Origin: an uncultured Elusimicrobia bacterium
Lineage (GTDB): Bacteria; Elusimicrobiota; Elusimicrobia; 2-01-FULL-59-12
Direction: 5' to 3'
Assembly (NCBI GenBank): GCA_963702895.1
Contig: OY969767.1
Coordinates: 896,001 to 960,000, forward strand
DNA: 64,000 nt
Under the pieces are notes generated by a model. The model worked only from the letters and a program-made list of their open reading frames with translations. It searched no databases and had not been told where the DNA came from. The translations under genes and the position numbers were made by a program. This document shows positions 48,624 through 57,565 of this stretch, piece by piece; within the stretch, counting starts at the first letter, position 1, and each line of letters begins with the position of its first letter.

Positions 48624-51203
48624 TTATTTGGGAGCGTCTGGGAAAAGCAAAGGTTGTCCTGGCTCCTGGGAGGAAGCGGTCCTGTCACGCGTTTTTTCAA
48701 ATTCGCTGAGGAGTGCTTCCGCCCGCCCCAGGACCTCTTTGGGCACACCGGCGAGCTTCGCGACATGGATGCCAAACGAGCGGTCGCCTGGACCTGGCTC
48801 CACTTTATGGAGAAAAACGACCTGGTCCCCCCACTCCCGGGCCGTGACGTGGGCGTTCGCCACGCCGGGCAAGCTCTGCGCCAGTTGGGTGATCTCGAAG
48901 TAATGTGTGGCAAACAAGACTTTTGGACCTTGCCGGCGCAAATATTCAAGACACGACCAGGCGATCGAGATCCCGTCGTAGGTCGAGGTACCTCTTCCCA
49001 CCTCGTCAAGAATCACGAGGCTCTGTGGAGTGGCGTGGTTCAGGATTCTGGCGGTCTCGACCATTTCAACCATGAACGTGGATTCTCCTTCGGAAAGCCT
49101 GTCCGAGGCGCCGATGCGGGTGAAGAGCTGGTCCAGAACCCCTACGCGCGCTTGGGCGGCAGGAACATAGGAACCCATCTGGGCCAAGATCGCGATGAGG
49201 GCCGTCTGGCGAAGGTAAGTCGATTTGCCGGACATATTGGGTCCCGTCAAAATGATGATCGCCTGGTCTGTCCCGTTTAAGAGGACGTCGTTGGGCACCA
49301 TGCTGCCGGCAGGAAGAACGTCTTCCAAAATCGGGTGGCGTCCTTCGCGGATAGAAAGAACATCAGACTCATCCACGAGGGGTCTGATGAAGCGTTTGCG
49401 ATCGGCCACTTCAGCGAGGCTCGCGAAGGTATCCAGCTCCGCGATGGCTTGAGCGATGCGCTGGATCAGCTCGGATTTCTTTAAGATTTCCTCGCGCAGG
49501 GCCGCGAGCAACACCTGCTCTATCCGTAAAGCCCGCTCCTCGGCGCCCAGGATCCGCGTTTCGAAATCCTTAAGCTCGGGCGTGATGTAGCGCTCGCCGT
49601 TTGCTGTGGTTTGCTTGCGGATGTAATGCAGGGGGACTTTGGAGAGATGGGTCTTGGTCACTTCGATGTAGTAGCCAAAGATATTGTTAAAGCCGATTTT
49701 GAGTGAGGAGATACCGGTCTGTTCGCGTTCCTGAGACTCCAGCTCAAGGAGTCGGTTTTTCCCGCTATGGATCCAGGAGCGGACTTCGTCCAGCTCTGGA
49801 TCATAGCCGCTTTTGATCACCCCCCCTTCTTTGAGCGTCGCGGGAGGGGCTTCCACGAGCGCCAAATCAAGCAAATGGGCCAATCCCTCTTCCTCAGGGA
49901 ATTGTTGGATGAACTCAAGGAGCGGCGCGGGTAAGGGTCTCCCGAGCTGCGTGGATTGTTCCAGGAGCATGGCCAGCTGCGCTTTCATCTTCGGGAGGCG
50001 CCGGAGCCCCTGGCCGAGGGCGGCATAATCCCGGGGCCCCGCCGAACCAGCGGCCAGGCGCGTCAGGATCCGCTCAAGGTCCGGCCAGCCTTGCAGAAGC
50101 GCACGCAAGGAACGCCTTCCTTCCTTGGCTTCGTAGAAAAACTCAACTTTGTCCTGGCGATCGATGATGCGAGAAACTTCTCTGAGCGGACTGACGAGCC
50201 AACGCCTGAGGAGTCTTGCCCCCAGCGGCGTAAGGGTCTGATCAATGATTTCTAAAAGGCTTCTGGCTCTTGTGGAATAGCTATTTCCTTTAGGTAATAA
50301 GTCAAGATGGTCGATGGTGCTTGCGTCCATCTGCAGATGCTTGTGGACTTCATAGGTTTTGAGCGGTCTTAAGGGCGTGGGCCTGCCGCACTGGGTGTTT
50401 TCAAGGTAGCGCGTGACAGCTCCCGCGGCGGAGATCGCCTGGGGCTTCTTTTCAAGGCCAAACCCACGTAGGGAAGAGACCTCCAAGAGCTTCTTCAGAT
50501 GATCTTCGGCCAGCGCGGCGGAAAAGTCGTTGGGGGCGAGCTCCGCGATGCTAATCCCCTGGCTGGCCAGACGCTCTTTCCAGAAAGAACTCTGGGAAGA
50601 TGCTGGGAGGACCACTTCGGAGGGCCTGAGGCGCATCACCTCATCCCAGGCCCGCGACCGGGCAGCTGGGCCCGAAAGCTCTGTCGCTATAAATTCTCCT
50701 GTCGAGCACTCGATGGCGGCCAGGCCTATGGCCTGTTCGCTTTCGGAGAGGGCAAGGAGGTAATTACACCGTTTGGAAGGAAGGAGCGTATCTTCCTGCA
50801 GCGTTCCAGCGGTCATGACGCGCACCACGCTTCGCTTCACAAGGCCCTTCGTCGTGCCAGGATCCTCCATTTGATCGGCAATGGCCACGCGAAGGCCCGC
50901 TTTCAAAAGTTTAGCGATATAAGGCTCGACCGAATGGGCCGGTACGCCGCACATGGGCTGGCCCTGGCGCTGGGTGAGCACGACCTCAAGTATCGGGGCC
51001 GCGCGGCGCGCGTCCTCGTCAAAGAGTTCGTAGAAGTCGCCCAGTCGGAACAGCAGGATGTCCTGAGGGTGGCGATTTTTCAGTTCCAGATATTGCGTCA
51101 TGAGAGGTGTGGTTGCCTTGAAGGGATTCGGGGTGAGGGGTGAGGGGACAGAAGTTTCCTTTCCCCTTTCCTCTTTCCCCTGGACCCGGCGGTTATTTTC
51201 CAT
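48624..51203 (-). CDS. mutS: DNA mismatch repair protein MutS, lacking its C-terminal tail
   Basis: FRLGDFYELF, TGPNMSGKSTYLRQ, ESTFMVEM, DEVGRGTST, FATHY. Confidence 0.96.
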   Translation of the reverse strand: MENNRRVQGKEERGKETSVPSPLTPNPFKATTPLMTQYLELKNRHPQDILLFRLGDFYELFDEDARRAAPILEVVLTQRQGQPMCGVPAHSVEPYIAKLLKAGLRVAIADQMEDPGTTKGLVKRSVVRVMTAGTLQEDTLLPSKRCNYLLALSESEQAIGLAAIECSTGEFIATELSGPAARSRAWDEVMRLRPSEVVLPASSQSSFWKERLASQGISIAELAPNDFSAALAEDHLKKLLEVSSLRGFGLEKKPQAISAAGAVTRYLENTQCGRPTPLRPLKTYEVHKHLQMDASTIDHLDLLPKGNSYSTRARSLLEIIDQTLTPLGARLLRRWLVSPLREVSRIIDRQDKVEFFYEAKEGRRSLRALLQGWPDLERILTRLAAGSAGPRDYAALGQGLRRLPKMKAQLAMLLEQSTQLGRPLPAPLLEFIQQFPEEEGLAHLLDLALVEAPPATLKEGGVIKSGYDPELDEVRSWIHSGKNRLLELESQEREQTGISSLKIGFNNIFGYYIEVTKTHLSKVPLHYIRKQTTANGERYITPELKDFETRILGAEERALRIEQVLLAALREEILKKSELIQRIAQAIAELDTFASLAEVADRKRFIRPLVDESDVLSIREGRHPILEDVLPAGSMVPNDVLLNGTDQAIIILTGPNMSGKSTYLRQTALIAILAQMGSYVPAAQARVGVLDQLFTRIGASDRLSEGESTFMVEMVETARILNHATPQSLVILDEVGRGTSTYDGISIAWSCLEYLRRQGPKVLFATHYFEITQLAQSLPGVANAHVTAREWGDQVVFLHKVEPGPGDRSFGIHVAKLAGVPKEVLGRAEALLSEFEKTRDRTASSQEPGQPLLFPDAPK

Positions 51204-51816
51204 GGGCCATCCCAAAAAGATATTTCCAGCCCTGCAGCATTTTCAGAATCCCAAAGGTCCGCTCGACGCGCTTCACGAATTTGCGGGTTTCGGGGTAAGG
51301 AATGTCACGGATTTCAAGGACGGGCTTGCCTTGGCGCCACTGGCTCGTCACGCCGGGCCCGGCGTTATAGGCGGCCAGGACCGCTACGTCATCGTCAGGA
51401 AAGAGGAATTGGAGCTTCGTCAGATAATAGACACCCAGATGGAGATTCGTGTCGGGATCCTTCAAGTCATCATCGTTTTCAATGACAACACCGATCTCGG
51501 GGGCGATCTCACGCGCCGTCGAGGGCAAGATCTGCATCAGTCCCACCGCGCCACGGGACGATCGCGCTCCGGGGAGAAAGCCCGACTCCACCTTGATGAT
51601 CGCCATCACCCAAAGGGGATCGCATTTGAAGACGCCGGCATATTTGTTGATCAAAGGTTTGTTCAAGACGGGGCGAAACCAGATCCAAGCGGTGCCCGAG
51701 TAGATCAAGGCGAGGAGCAGAAGAACCACGGCGAGCAGCAACCCGCGGAATAAGCGGCGCTTGGTGCGCTCGACCGGCGGCATCCTGCGCAGCTCGCGCG
51801 CGTACACGCCTACCAT
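51193..51816 (-). CDS. Lytic transglycosylase (SLT domain)
   Basis: IKVES, GAVGLMQI, LAAYNAG, ETRKFV. Confidence 0.92.
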   Translation of the reverse strand: MVGVYARELRRMPPVERTKRRLFRGLLLAVVLLLLALIYSGTAWIWFRPVLNKPLINKYAGVFKCDPLWVMAIIKVESGFLPGARSSRGAVGLMQILPSTAREIAPEIGVVIENDDDLKDPDTNLHLGVYYLTKLQFLFPDDDVAVLAAYNAGPGVTSQWRQGKPVLEIRDIPYPETRKFVKRVERTFGILKMLQGWKYLFGMAHGK

Positions 51817-53117
51817 CGCGCGGCCTCTTTCTTGGGGATGGCCTTGTCCGCGTTCAAGGAAAGATTGAGGGACAGAACTTTTTGGAGCCGTGATTCTTTG
51901 ATGTCTTGGCTGACATCATCCGGTTCTTGAGCGGAAGTCGTGCCGGGCCTTGGCGAATATTGAAAGGCGAAAAGGCCATTAAACCGAACTTCTTCAATCA
52001 GGGAGAGGCTCTCGTCAAAATCTTCATCCGATTCGCCGGGATAACCGACAATGATGTCGGTTGTCAGGCTGATCCCAGGCAAGGCCTTTCTCAAACGTCT
52101 TACGACATCCAGATAATCCTCACGGGAGTAAAGTCGCTTCATCCGGGAAAGAACTGCGCTCGAGCCGGACTGAACGGGCAAGTGGACATGGCGGGCGACT
52201 TTCTCGCACGATTGGATGGCTTCCACCACGCGCTCACGCATGTGGACCGGATGAGGGCTCATGAAACGGATGAGTTCGACGCCTGGGAGGGCGTTGACGG
52301 CGCGCAGCAAGTCCGCGAAATCAACGACCGTATCGGGGTAACGGGGTAACGGGGTAACGGTGTCACGGCTTAACTGAGATGTTGTGACTTCGTTACTCCG
52401 ATACTCCGGTACTCCGGTACTCCGATACTCCGGTACTCCGATACTCCGGTACTCCGATACTCCGGTACGGTAGTAATAAGAATTGACGGTCTGTCCCAAC
52501 AGCATCACTTCGCGGTATCCTTCGGCAACCTTCTTCTGAATTTCGCTCAGGATCTCGGCGACGGGGCGGTACTTCTCCCGACCGCGTACCTGGGGCACGA
52601 TGCAGTAGGAGCAAGCGAGGTTACAGCCGCGCATGATGGTGATGTAGGCCGTTGACTCATTTCCAAAAAGGCCGTCCGACGTGCGACGTCCGACGCCAAT
52701 CTCCGGACCTCGGACCTCGGACCTCGGACGAAAAAGCGCAGCTTCATTTCCCCAATTCCACCTGTCCTTCAACACTTGCGCGATCGCTTCTGGAAAGTTT
52801 TCGATTTGGGTAGCGGGCGAGACAAGATCTACAAAAGGGTATTTCTTTTTGAGGGAGTCCCCCCAGAGGCTTGCCGCGCAGCCCGCGACAATAAGGAGCC
52901 GGTCCGGATTTTCTCTTTTCCAGTCGCGGAGTCGCCCGAGGTTGGAGATCGCCTTGTGTTCGGCATGTTCGCGCACGGTGCAGGTGTTCATGATCAGGAC
53001 ATCGGCGTCATCGGGTTCCAACGTCCGGACGAGCCCGCGCTCCCGGAGCGGCTGGGCCATCTCCTCCGAATCCGCGACGTTCATCTGACAACCGTAGGTG
53101 ATGAGGTGGTATTTCAT
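51810..53117 (-). CDS. miaB: tRNA-i6A37 methylthiotransferase (radical SAM); no TRAM domain evident; two in-frame repeat inserts
   Basis: TYGCQMNVADSE, NTCTVRE.AE, GCNLACSYCIVP, HLPVQSGS, TDIIVGYPGE, YSPRPGT. Confidence 0.95.
   Translation of the reverse strand: MKYHLITYGCQMNVADSEEMAQPLRERGLVRTLEPDDADVLIMNTCTVREHAEHKAISNLGRLRDWKRENPDRLLIVAGCAASLWGDSLKKKYPFVDLVSPATQIENFPEAIAQVLKDRWNWGNEAALFRPRSEVRGPEIGVGRRTSDGLFGNESTAYITIMRGCNLACSYCIVPQVRGREKYRPVAEILSEIQKKVAEGYREVMLLGQTVNSYYYRTGVSEYRSIGVPEYRSTGVPEYRSNEVTTSQLSRDTVTPLPRYPDTVVDFADLLRAVNALPGVELIRFMSPHPVHMRERVVEAIQSCEKVARHVHLPVQSGSSAVLSRMKRLYSREDYLDVVRRLRKALPGISLTTDIIVGYPGESDEDFDESLSLIEEVRFNGLFAFQYSPRPGTTSAQEPDDVSQDIKESRLQKVLSLNLSLNADKAIPKKEAARW
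52328..52468. repeat. Octamer inverted-repeat array in frame within miaB
   Basis: ggggtaac x3, then 9 units of g(a/g/t)tactcc. Confidence 0.9.
52675..52730. repeat. Heptamer inverted-repeat array in frame within miaB
   Basis: gtccgac gtgcgac gtccgac..cggacct x3 cggacg. Confidence 0.85.
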
Positions 53118-53576
53118 CTACATCCTGAATATGGGAACAAGCATTATCCTGAATAGCGAAAATATAAGCACCGATAGTGAAAGAAAAGAATATACCAGCC
53201 AACCCGCTGATGTGCGGTAAACGAACTTCAATACAATCCACTTGGCGGCCCCAGTCACAAGAGCTTCCAGCACAAGCCAGAATAACCAATGGGGTCCCGT
53301 TGGGTAAACATAGCTTGAAAGTTCAGCAGACCAATATTTCTCTGTTGGGGTTGGGATGACGAAGCTCGAACCCGCAACGGTTAGAGCCGTCATGATGAGA
53401 AGAGCGCTGGCTTGTTGCTGACGTGAAAGGTTGGAAGACCGCAATGAAATCAAAAAATCGATTGTTGCGGAAACGACCAAACCCGGAAGCAACGCCCCTA
53501 GATTTTGAAAAGGTTGCTTTCGAAAAATAGCGACCTCTAAACGGCTCCATACTATTGGTTCACCCAAATAGCTCAT
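53118..53576 (-). CDS. Cassette gene: multi-TM hypothetical protein
   Basis: Hydrophobic ORF whose TAG directly abuts the miaB ATG; start uncertain. Confidence 0.6.
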   Translation of the reverse strand: MSYLGEPIVWSRLEVAIFRKQPFQNLGALLPGLVVSATIDFLISLRSSNLSRQQQASALLIMTALTVAGSSFVIPTPTEKYWSAELSSYVYPTGPHWLFWLVLEALVTGAAKWIVLKFVYRTSAGWLVYSFLSLSVLIFSLFRIMLVPIFRM

Positions 53577-53980
53577 ATCATGCAGCCACCTTAAATTGGG
53601 CAAAATGCACTTTCTGCTCCCACCGTAAGAGCTTGCACAACGGGGGAAAGTCTTTGAGTGGCGGCTTCATCCGACAATACTGCTTTGCATCCAATTTGTT
53701 CGGTACCATCGCCAAGCGCTAGCGTCCCCATCCTTTGAGCTTAGAGGAAGGAGCAGTCCTCGGCGGTGCGCGAGATGGGTGACAGGCACCAATCTAACGC
53801 ATTTCATAGTATTTTCCTCGTTCTTAGATCTCGGTCCCATTCTTCGCTGGACGGTTGTTACGCGATGATCACCAAATAATCTTCTTCCGGGCTGCACACA
53901 ACGTGGATTGTCCTCGCGGCAGAGGTAATTCCCATCCTATGGCAGCTACGCATAAGGCAACCTTTATGCGAATCGAATGG

Positions 53981-54181
53981 TCAGGCGGCTTTTCGAGGAT
54001 GGAGAGCCTCATCCAGACTGACATAGCCAGCCTGGATCGCAGAACAAACGCGCATAAGATGAAGCTCATACATCATGTCATCAGTAGGGAATTCCTCGCG
54101 AACATGCTTCGCCAATAGCTGTAGCTTCTCTGACGGAACCTTGGCCTCTCGGGCAACTGCTTCATAGTCGAAATAACGCAT
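53981..54181 (-). CDS. Putative antitoxin partner of the PIN protein
   Basis: 66 aa, AAGGAG RBS, directly downstream of the PIN gene; EEFPTDDMMYELH. Confidence 0.65.
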   Translation of the reverse strand: MRYFDYEAVAREAKVPSEKLQLLAKHVREEFPTDDMMYELHLMRVCSAIQAGYVSLDEALHPRKAA

Positions 54182-54193
54182 GATATCGCTCCT

Positions 54194-54649
54194 TTAAATT
54201 TCTGGCGGAGCTACGATCTCAATGGTCGGCAACCCACGTGCTGTGTTGAGTTGGTTGACTAACGCCCGCCGGCGCCGGTTGACCAGATGCTTAAAATTCC
54301 ATGACAGAAGGATGTCTTGCCGCGACAAAACTGCTGCCGAAACGTGAAGCGCGTCGTCAGCCATCGTTGGCAAGAAAATGCCGCCATCAATATAATGCTT
54401 TGCCAATTCTTTCATTTCGGCGTCGATCTTCAACAGATTAAATCCTTCCAGTAATTTCAGAAGCTTAACGCGATGATCCGGATCGGGAGTTCGGGCCAGT
54501 TCTTGACGCGCCAACTCCGATGTCGAGAACTCATACTGATGAAGCCGCTTCCAAAATTCTGTTGTATCGGCCTTCCGCTCCGGCGCGCGGTCATCGAGAT
54601 AGGCGCTGAAAACGGAAGTATCCAAATAAACTCGGAGCTTTATAGACAT
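54194..54649 (-). CDS. PIN-domain (VapC-like) nuclease
   Basis: VYLDTSV, DALH, LLSWNFKHLVN. Confidence 0.88.
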   Translation of the reverse strand: MSIKLRVYLDTSVFSAYLDDRAPERKADTTEFWKRLHQYEFSTSELARQELARTPDPDHRVKLLKLLEGFNLLKIDAEMKELAKHYIDGGIFLPTMADDALHVSAAVLSRQDILLSWNFKHLVNRRRRALVNQLNTARGLPTIEIVAPPEI

Positions 54650-54832
54650 CGTATCACCGCGATAATTTTAGCACCTTGAAGCTCACTTGCTTAAAATCTT
54701 TGAGCGCTTGAAAAGCTGCTGGATAGGCTAAAAGGCCTGTTCGTCGCCTACTGAAAGCGTCTGGGCTACGTAGAGCACCCTCATCAAGGCGGCTTCCTCC
54801 ACGCTGACGGGTTGATATCCAATTTGTCGCAT

Positions 54833-54866
54833 ATGGCCAGCCGTAGGTAATGAGATGATATTTCAT
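54833..54866 (-). repeat. miaB head copy R7
   Basis: ATG AAA TAT CAT CTC ATT ACC TAC GGC TGG CCA. Confidence 0.92.
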
Positions 54867-55171
54867 GGATGTCCGCTAAGTAAGAAACGTTGTGCCAACT
54901 TGCCCAAACCATAAAGGAGGAAACAATAAAAGGTCGCAACAAGGATAACTCCCGGCCAAGTGGGGAAGGACCAATAAGCGCTCATGCCAAGGCCCAGGGG
55001 ACGTAGCACTGGTCGTGCAGGCAGATATATTGCGTAGGCGAGTGATAGCAGATTAGTCGCCAGAACCGGTAGGTGCTCTCCCCATAGCGACAATACCGCC
55101 AGGCTGGAGATATTCCACACCAAGAATGCGCCGGGAAGAAGAAGGGCCAGATGCCGCTTAAGGTATGTCAC
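54863..55171 (-). CDS. Cassette gene: 102-aa membrane protein, copy A
   Basis: GGGAGG RBS, hydrophobic, near-identical to 57685-57993. Confidence 0.8.
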   Translation of the reverse strand: MTYLKRHLALLLPGAFLVWNISSLAVLSLWGEHLPVLATNLLSLAYAIYLPARPVLRPLGLGMSAYWSFPTWPGVILVATFYCFLLYGLGKLAQRFLLSGHP

Positions 55172-55278
55172 ATTCCTCCCCTATCGCATGCTCGGCTGCC
55201 CATGCGAGCGTCCGCGCAATACCTTCCAGTCTATCTGCCGCCAAAATCCGCTTGGCAGAACAGTGAATCCAATCCATT

Positions 55279-55311
55279 CGGCCAGCCATAGGCGATCAAA
55301 AAATAGTTCAT
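55279..55311 (-). repeat. Degenerate miaB head copy R6
   Basis: ATG AAC TAT TTT TTG ATC GCC TAT GGC TGG CCG (MNYFLIAYGWP). Confidence 0.75.
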
Positions 55312-55463
55312 TTTTAGGGTTGTTTTGAGATGCCGGATTCATTAGAGCCAAACCCATCGATGAAAACTTCAGTGGGTGGTCAGAACCGTACGTAACCACG
55401 CCGGAGATCATATCGTGAATTTGGAGGCCATGGGCCTCTCAGAAAGAACAGGCCTCAGTCACT

Positions 55464-55745
55464 TTAAGCGGCCCGGTGGTGCGAGCGGTGGTTGATGGCG
55501 CGGGCCACCAGCGGATAGCGTTCGGGATGCGTCAGCGATTCCAAGGCCAGATCGATATCAAGGTCCGGCCAATAGAGGTGACTCCCATGGAGCAGGCTCA
55601 CATGGTGAATTTGGTTTATGGTGGCGTTTCCGAACCACGGGAACAGCCGATAAGGCAAAAAGTATTCTTGTCCTTTCACCAGCAGCCATACAGCCTGCTT
55701 GTTGACACTCAAAATCTCAACGGCTGAAATGCTCTTTCCATGCAT
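55464..55745 (-). CDS. DUF2442-like protein (putative TA component)
   Basis: LPY..FPWF..AT, HLYWPDLDIDL..ESL..PERYPL. Confidence 0.8.
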   Translation of the reverse strand: MHGKSISAVEILSVNKQAVWLLVKGQEYFLPYRLFPWFGNATINQIHHVSLLHGSHLYWPDLDIDLALESLTHPERYPLVARAINHRSHHRAA

Positions 55746-55956
55746 GGATAATCTCCACTTTCCGAGATTCAATGATACGGCGTAACTCCAGGAGTCGTCG
55801 CGACGTGAAACCACTATGGGTCGCAAGGGACACAATGGGTTCAAGCCAGAATTTCGCTTCTCCTTCTGGCGAGACCACATGAACATGAATGCGTGATTCT
55901 TCGCGTGAAAAGAAGAAAAAGCGGTAATTCTTATGACGAAATATCGTTGGACTCAC
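55717..55956 (-). CDS. DUF4160-like protein (putative TA component)
   Basis: YRFFFFSREESRIHVHV..GEAKFWL..AW.EHF. Confidence 0.85.
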   Translation of the reverse strand: MSPTIFRHKNYRFFFFSREESRIHVHVVSPEGEAKFWLEPIVSLATHSGFTSRRLLELRRIIESRKVEIIHAWKEHFSR

Positions 55957-56003
55957 GGGTTATGACTAAAATTATACCCTTTCTCCTCTTGCTTGTGGTA
56001 TCC

Positions 56004-56196
56004 CGCGCAAACGCCCCAGGTTGGAGAGGGCCTTGTGCTCGGCATGCTCGCGCACGGTGCAGGTGTTCATGAGGATGACGTCCGCTTGTCCGACGTCCGA
56101 CGTCTGAAGGAACCCGCGATCCTGGAGCGGCTGGGCCATCTCCTCCGAATCCGCGACGTTCATCTGGCATCCATATGTAATCAGGTGGTATTTCAT
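56004..56196 (-). pseudogene. Long miaB head copy R5 (first ~64 codons of a divergent miaB allele)
   Basis: MKYHLITYGCQMNVADSEEMAQPL..NTCTVREHAEHKALSNLGRLR, then unrelated sequence. Confidence 0.92.
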
Positions 56197-56744
56197 TTGA
56201 GCTGTAGACTGTTAAGAATCTCTAGGTAAATATTCTTGAACAGTGGTTGTGAGAGTGGATAGATGATTTCGATAACGTCAGCTTTTTTATAAGCCTGAAT
56301 GTAGTAGTGTGCGTTACGCCCGATCTCAGAAACCTCGCAACGGATGGCAGGACGTTTGCCAACGGTAACCTGTTCTACCTGCAAGGGTGGAGTTGTGGCG
56401 TTGTGATAAAAATCTTTTGCCTCAAACCACTTATGTATGGCGAGCTTCTGCGGATTTTGATTAACACCTAAATTTATAGTGAAGTTGGATTCGTTATCTA
56501 AGCTTTTGTCATTTTCTTCCGAAAACTCTTTCACATTGCTTAGAGTAACGCGGTATAAGTCTGTAAACGTTTTTTCTCGCACATGCCATTCCGATGGATA
56601 TCGGAGCTGAATTCCTGCCGTTTCCAATTTTAAGTTTGACCATGGCGATGGATCAGACATAACGGGCTGTACGCTGCACAGTGTCAAAAAGCTGGTAAAC
56701 GCAGCGGTTGCTAATATGTACACGACATTTCTCAATCTTTGCAT
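56193..56744 (-). CDS. Cassette gene: exported PsbP-like protein
   Basis: Signal-like N-terminus, LRYPSEW and ILNSLQLK pattern; stop overlaps head R5. Confidence 0.6.
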   Translation of the reverse strand: MQRLRNVVYILATAAFTSFLTLCSVQPVMSDPSPWSNLKLETAGIQLRYPSEWHVREKTFTDLYRVTLSNVKEFSEENDKSLDNESNFTINLGVNQNPQKLAIHKWFEAKDFYHNATTPPLQVEQVTVGKRPAIRCEVSEIGRNAHYYIQAYKKADVIEIIYPLSQPLFKNIYLEILNSLQLK

Positions 56745-56784
56745 GGCTTCAGCGCACCTCAATTGATATCCAATTTGTTTTATA

Positions 56785-56817
56785 TGGCCAGCCGTAGGTG
56801 ATCAGGTAATATTTCAT
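56785..56817 (-). repeat. miaB head copy R4
   Basis: ATG AAA TAT TAC CTG ATC ACC TAC GGC TGG CCA. Confidence 0.9.
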
Positions 56818-57383
56818 TCGATAACCTGAGCTTCTTTTTGAAGTCGCAACCATTCGGCTTCGATCGCCAACTCTTTGGCCCAAAGGTTGATGTAAGTTAA
56901 ATCAAGTTTGTTGAATTGCACTTCATAAACACGAAGCGCATCGATGAATTGTTTTTCGCTGCCACCGGATTGTTGTGCCCATCGCAGCTTCATTAGGATC
57001 GTATCTTCAGCCCGAGTCACCTGCATCTTCAAGCCGAAGAAATCTTCAGTGTATCGCCGCTGAAATCGGGACTGATCAAAGGCATCAGAAGTCAGGGGCC
57101 AGAAGTCGACCTTGTCCCCACCATTGACATCGATGAGGTTCACCATTTGACCGGATTTCAAAGCGTCGCGGAGGCCATCCGCGTCTAGATAATAGTGAGG
57201 GGACGGGAAGGCGGCGAGAAGCCGTGGGATGGAGGCCGCTTGGATTGCGATGACCACATCGATATCATGCGTGGCTCGCGGTTCTCCTTGCAGGCTGGAA
57301 ACCACCGATCCCGTGATCATGTAATCGATTTGCGCGGATTCGAGTGTTTGAACGACTTTGCTTAGTAATTCCTGTTGTGACAT
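56814..57383 (-). CDS. Nucleotidyltransferase-like putative toxin
   Basis: YMITGS..GEPRATHDIDVV, EDTILMKL. Confidence 0.8.
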   Translation of the reverse strand: MSQQELLSKVVQTLESAQIDYMITGSVVSSLQGEPRATHDIDVVIAIQAASIPRLLAAFPSPHYYLDADGLRDALKSGQMVNLIDVNGGDKVDFWPLTSDAFDQSRFQRRYTEDFFGLKMQVTRAEDTILMKLRWAQQSGGSEKQFIDALRVYEVQFNKLDLTYINLWAKELAIEAEWLRLQKEAQVIE

Positions 57384-57565
57384 TTATCGAGCCGGTCGCG
57401 GACAATTTCTTGTAGTTTTTCTCCTGAGATCCCGGCGAAGCGTTTGCGCAGTCCATGAATAAAGAGCTGTTTGGAAAATTCAGACAGTTCAAACGCCTTT
57501 TGCAGCCGCTGAGCAGGCGACAACGCGCGCAACATCCGCAGATAAACGGGAGAGTTCTTTTTCAT
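57362..57565 (-). CDS. Small putative antitoxin
   Basis: 67 aa, LRALSPAQRL..AFELS; overlaps the toxin start. Confidence 0.7.
   Translation of the reverse strand: MKKNSPVYLRMLRALSPAQRLQKAFELSEFSKQLFIHGLRKRFAGISGEKLQEIVRDRLDKCHNRNY

Noticed and set aside
52328..52468. miaB inserts as inteins or introns
   Set aside because: Too short, no splicing motifs, and fully explained by tandem DNA repeats.
53780..53810. ATGAAATGC.. as a miaB head
   Set aside because: Similarity is limited to 7 nt.
55375..55411. VVTYGS (gtggttacgtacggttct) as another miaB head
   Set aside because: Only the TYG codons match; no MKYH part or GGCTGGCC junction.
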